Under the pieces are notes generated by a model. That model ran no database searches. It had not been told where the DNA came from and saw only the letters and a program-made list of their open reading frames with translations. A stretch of 63,733 nucleotides of DNA, the filler included. It is 9 parts of 9 records of this genome, joined end to end, with 100 filler letters (N's around TTAATTAATTAA, not from the genome) between each part and the next. Parts side by side here need not be neighbours in the genome. Positions count along the whole stretch, not along the records: positions 58,266 to 63,733 come from SRR7504441_6171; 8 more parts are not named here. One strand, written 5' to 3'. The translations under genes were made by a program, and so were the position numbers. Below, piece by piece: positions 62,042 to 63,733 of this stretch. The stretch's first letter is position 1. Each line of letters opens with the position of its first letter.

Positions 62042-63427
62042 CTATAGCTTTGCCGGCACTTGGTTGGCCAGACCAGGCGGAGGCTTGAAGCAGCGGTGGT
62101 GCTTCTCCAACATTCCGCCGATTGCGATCCCGAGCCGGTCCTCGTACTCTGCAGTGACAATCTGCACCCCCACCGGCATACCGTCGCTGGTCTCGCCGGC
62201 CGGAACCACGGTGCTCGGTAGGTTGGCCATGATGACCAGCCCCGCCCACTGCACCCAACTGAGATACGGCTCCTGCTCGCCATTCACTGTAATCTCTCGG
62301 CTAGCTACAGGCTCCGAGTGGTCGTGCAGTAACGCCGCTGTGGGCGCCACTGGGCAGAGCAATGCATCAAACCTCTCAAAGAAGCTCGCCCACTGCTGCC
62401 GTATCTTATTCCGTCTATGCTCGTTCTTGAGATAGGCCCCGTGGCTGAGCGGTGCATTGATCCCAGCCATTTCGGCCTGCAGTAGCACAGTGTAGCACTC
62501 CAGCGCCTGATCAACGTCCAGGTCTGGCAGACACCCCCATTCCACCGTCGCGCCCACCCTCGCCAGAGACCGCCCGGCGGACTCGACCGCCGCAGAGATT
62601 TCGTCGTCGGTCAGCAGTGCTTGGTGTCTAGAGCACACAGCGATTCTGAGCCGATCGGGCGTCAGAGCGCGGGGCGGTGGCAGCTTGAGTTGCCAGCCGC
62701 GGGCCATGGCCGCAGCTGGGCCAGACAGCACGTCCAGCATGAGCGCCAGGTCTTCGCAGCATCTGGCCATCGGTCCGCACACAAACAGATTGCTATTTAC
62801 GCTCACAAACGGGGCCGGCGGCACGTGCCCTGCGCTGTCGATCACCCCGAGTGTCGGTTTGAGTCCCATCACGCCACAGCAGTGCGCCGGGCCGCGTATG
62901 CTCCCACCAATGTCGCTGCCTACTTCGACCGGCGTGAAGCCGGCGGCCAGCGCGCCGGCCGACCCGCCTGACGATCCGCCGGGCGAGCGGCGGATATCCC
63001 AAGGGTTGTTGCTGCACCCGTAGATTGAGTTGTAGCTCTGCATGTCCCCGGCGAGCACCGGCAGATTGGTCTTCCCGATGATTATGGCTCCCGCGGACAG
63101 CAGCCTTGCTACCACCGCCGAGTGCTCCCTGGGGCGGTGCGTGCTCAGCCGAGGCCAGCCACAGGTCGTGAGCTCCCCGGCCAGGCCAAAGCACTCCTTG
63201 ACGGTCATTGGCACTCCATGCAGCGGCCCCCACAGCTCGCCCCTGGCCCGGGCGGCGTCGGCGTCACGGGCCCGGGCCCGGGCGGCCTGGAACCGCCGCT
63301 GCACCACCAGGTTGTAAGCCGGGTCTAGTCGCTCGATCCTGCCGCAGAAGTACTCGACACAGCCCGCCGCGCTCAGCTCGCCCTCGCGAATCCGCGCCGC
63401 CAGCTCCGACGCGGAGAGCCACTCCAT
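62042..63427 (-). CDS. Amidase-signature family enzyme
   Basis: GPLHGVP.TVKE, GKTN.P, GGSSGGS and GSDIGGSIR.PA motifs; intronless. Confidence 0.93.
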   Translation of the reverse strand: MEWLSASELAARIREGELSAAGCVEYFCGRIERLDPAYNLVVQRRFQAARARARDADAARARGELWGPLHGVPMTVKECFGLAGELTTCGWPRLSTHRPREHSAVVARLLSAGAIIIGKTNLPVLAGDMQSYNSIYGCSNNPWDIRRSPGGSSGGSAGALAAGFTPVEVGSDIGGSIRGPAHCCGVMGLKPTLGVIDSAGHVPPAPFVSVNSNLFVCGPMARCCEDLALMLDVLSGPAAAMARGWQLKLPPPRALTPDRLRIAVCSRHQALLTDDEISAAVESAGRSLARVGATVEWGCLPDLDVDQALECYTVLLQAEMAGINAPLSHGAYLKNEHRRNKIRQQWASFFERFDALLCPVAPTAALLHDHSEPVASREITVNGEQEPYLSWVQWAGLVIMANLPSTVVPAGETSDGMPVGVQIVTAEYEDRLGIAIGGMLEKHHRCFKPPPGLANQVPAKL

Positions 63428-63733
63428 CGGCCAGCGGGCTGGCGGTAGCACGCGTTGGCAGACTGTTACATGTATGGCCTAAACGCTAGTCTATTTACAG
63501 TAGCGATACTGTACACCGTCCTCCCCGGCTGTACACACTTACGATACAAGGCCGGGCCGCGCAGCGGCCCCTGGCCGGCCGCGCAGCGGCCCGGACCGCG
63601 CGCTGGCCGGCCGTCGGGACCTCACGGGCCTCCCGGCCCCGACTGGTCCCGGATTGGGACCGCCCGGCCCGCGGGGCTTGCTCGATCGCCAGCTCGGACC
63701 GCTCCGAGCGGCCGGCCCCAACCTCACCGACCA

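Noticed and set aside
1-63733. tRNA, rRNA, snRNA or transposase genes; alternative genetic code
   Set aside because: None recognised by eye (no covariance search was run). Conserved genes end at TAA, TAG and TGA with no internal stops after splicing.

Overview
This is not one locus. It is nine contigs (1-10819, 10920-20980, 21081-29390, 29491-34818, 34919-38702, 38803-48174, 48275-52231, 52332-58165, 58266-63733) joined by artificial 100-nt N44-TTAATTAATTAA-N44 linkers. The source is a GC-rich, very gene-dense unicellular eukaryote, probably a MAG or SAG; I cannot determine the lineage from the sequence. About 40 protein genes are visible. Most are in head-to-head pairs with only 24-122 bp between start codons, and many carry tiny (mostly 36-44 nt) G-rich spliceosomal introns that the ORF track reads through or breaks at. 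Recognisable genes include a DNMT5-type SNF2 C-terminus, LAMTOR3, RPB5, makorin, NDUFB2, GET4, class III ADH, a pepsin-family protease, an amidase, several CAZymes and a long secreted collagen-like protein. The strongest leads are: (1) a 37-nt intron present at 36/37 identity in two unrelated, divergently transcribed neighbours, with the similarity ending at the splice sites, which suggests recent intron copying; (2) a single-chain MORC ATPase-Tudor-CW-SET fusion; (3) an FABP-MFS transporter fusion; (4) recurrent 11-bp tandem duplications in intergenic DNA; (5) an RNA ligase-kinase-cyclin-like fusion. All gene models were spliced by eye and domain calls come from remembered motifs, not database searches.
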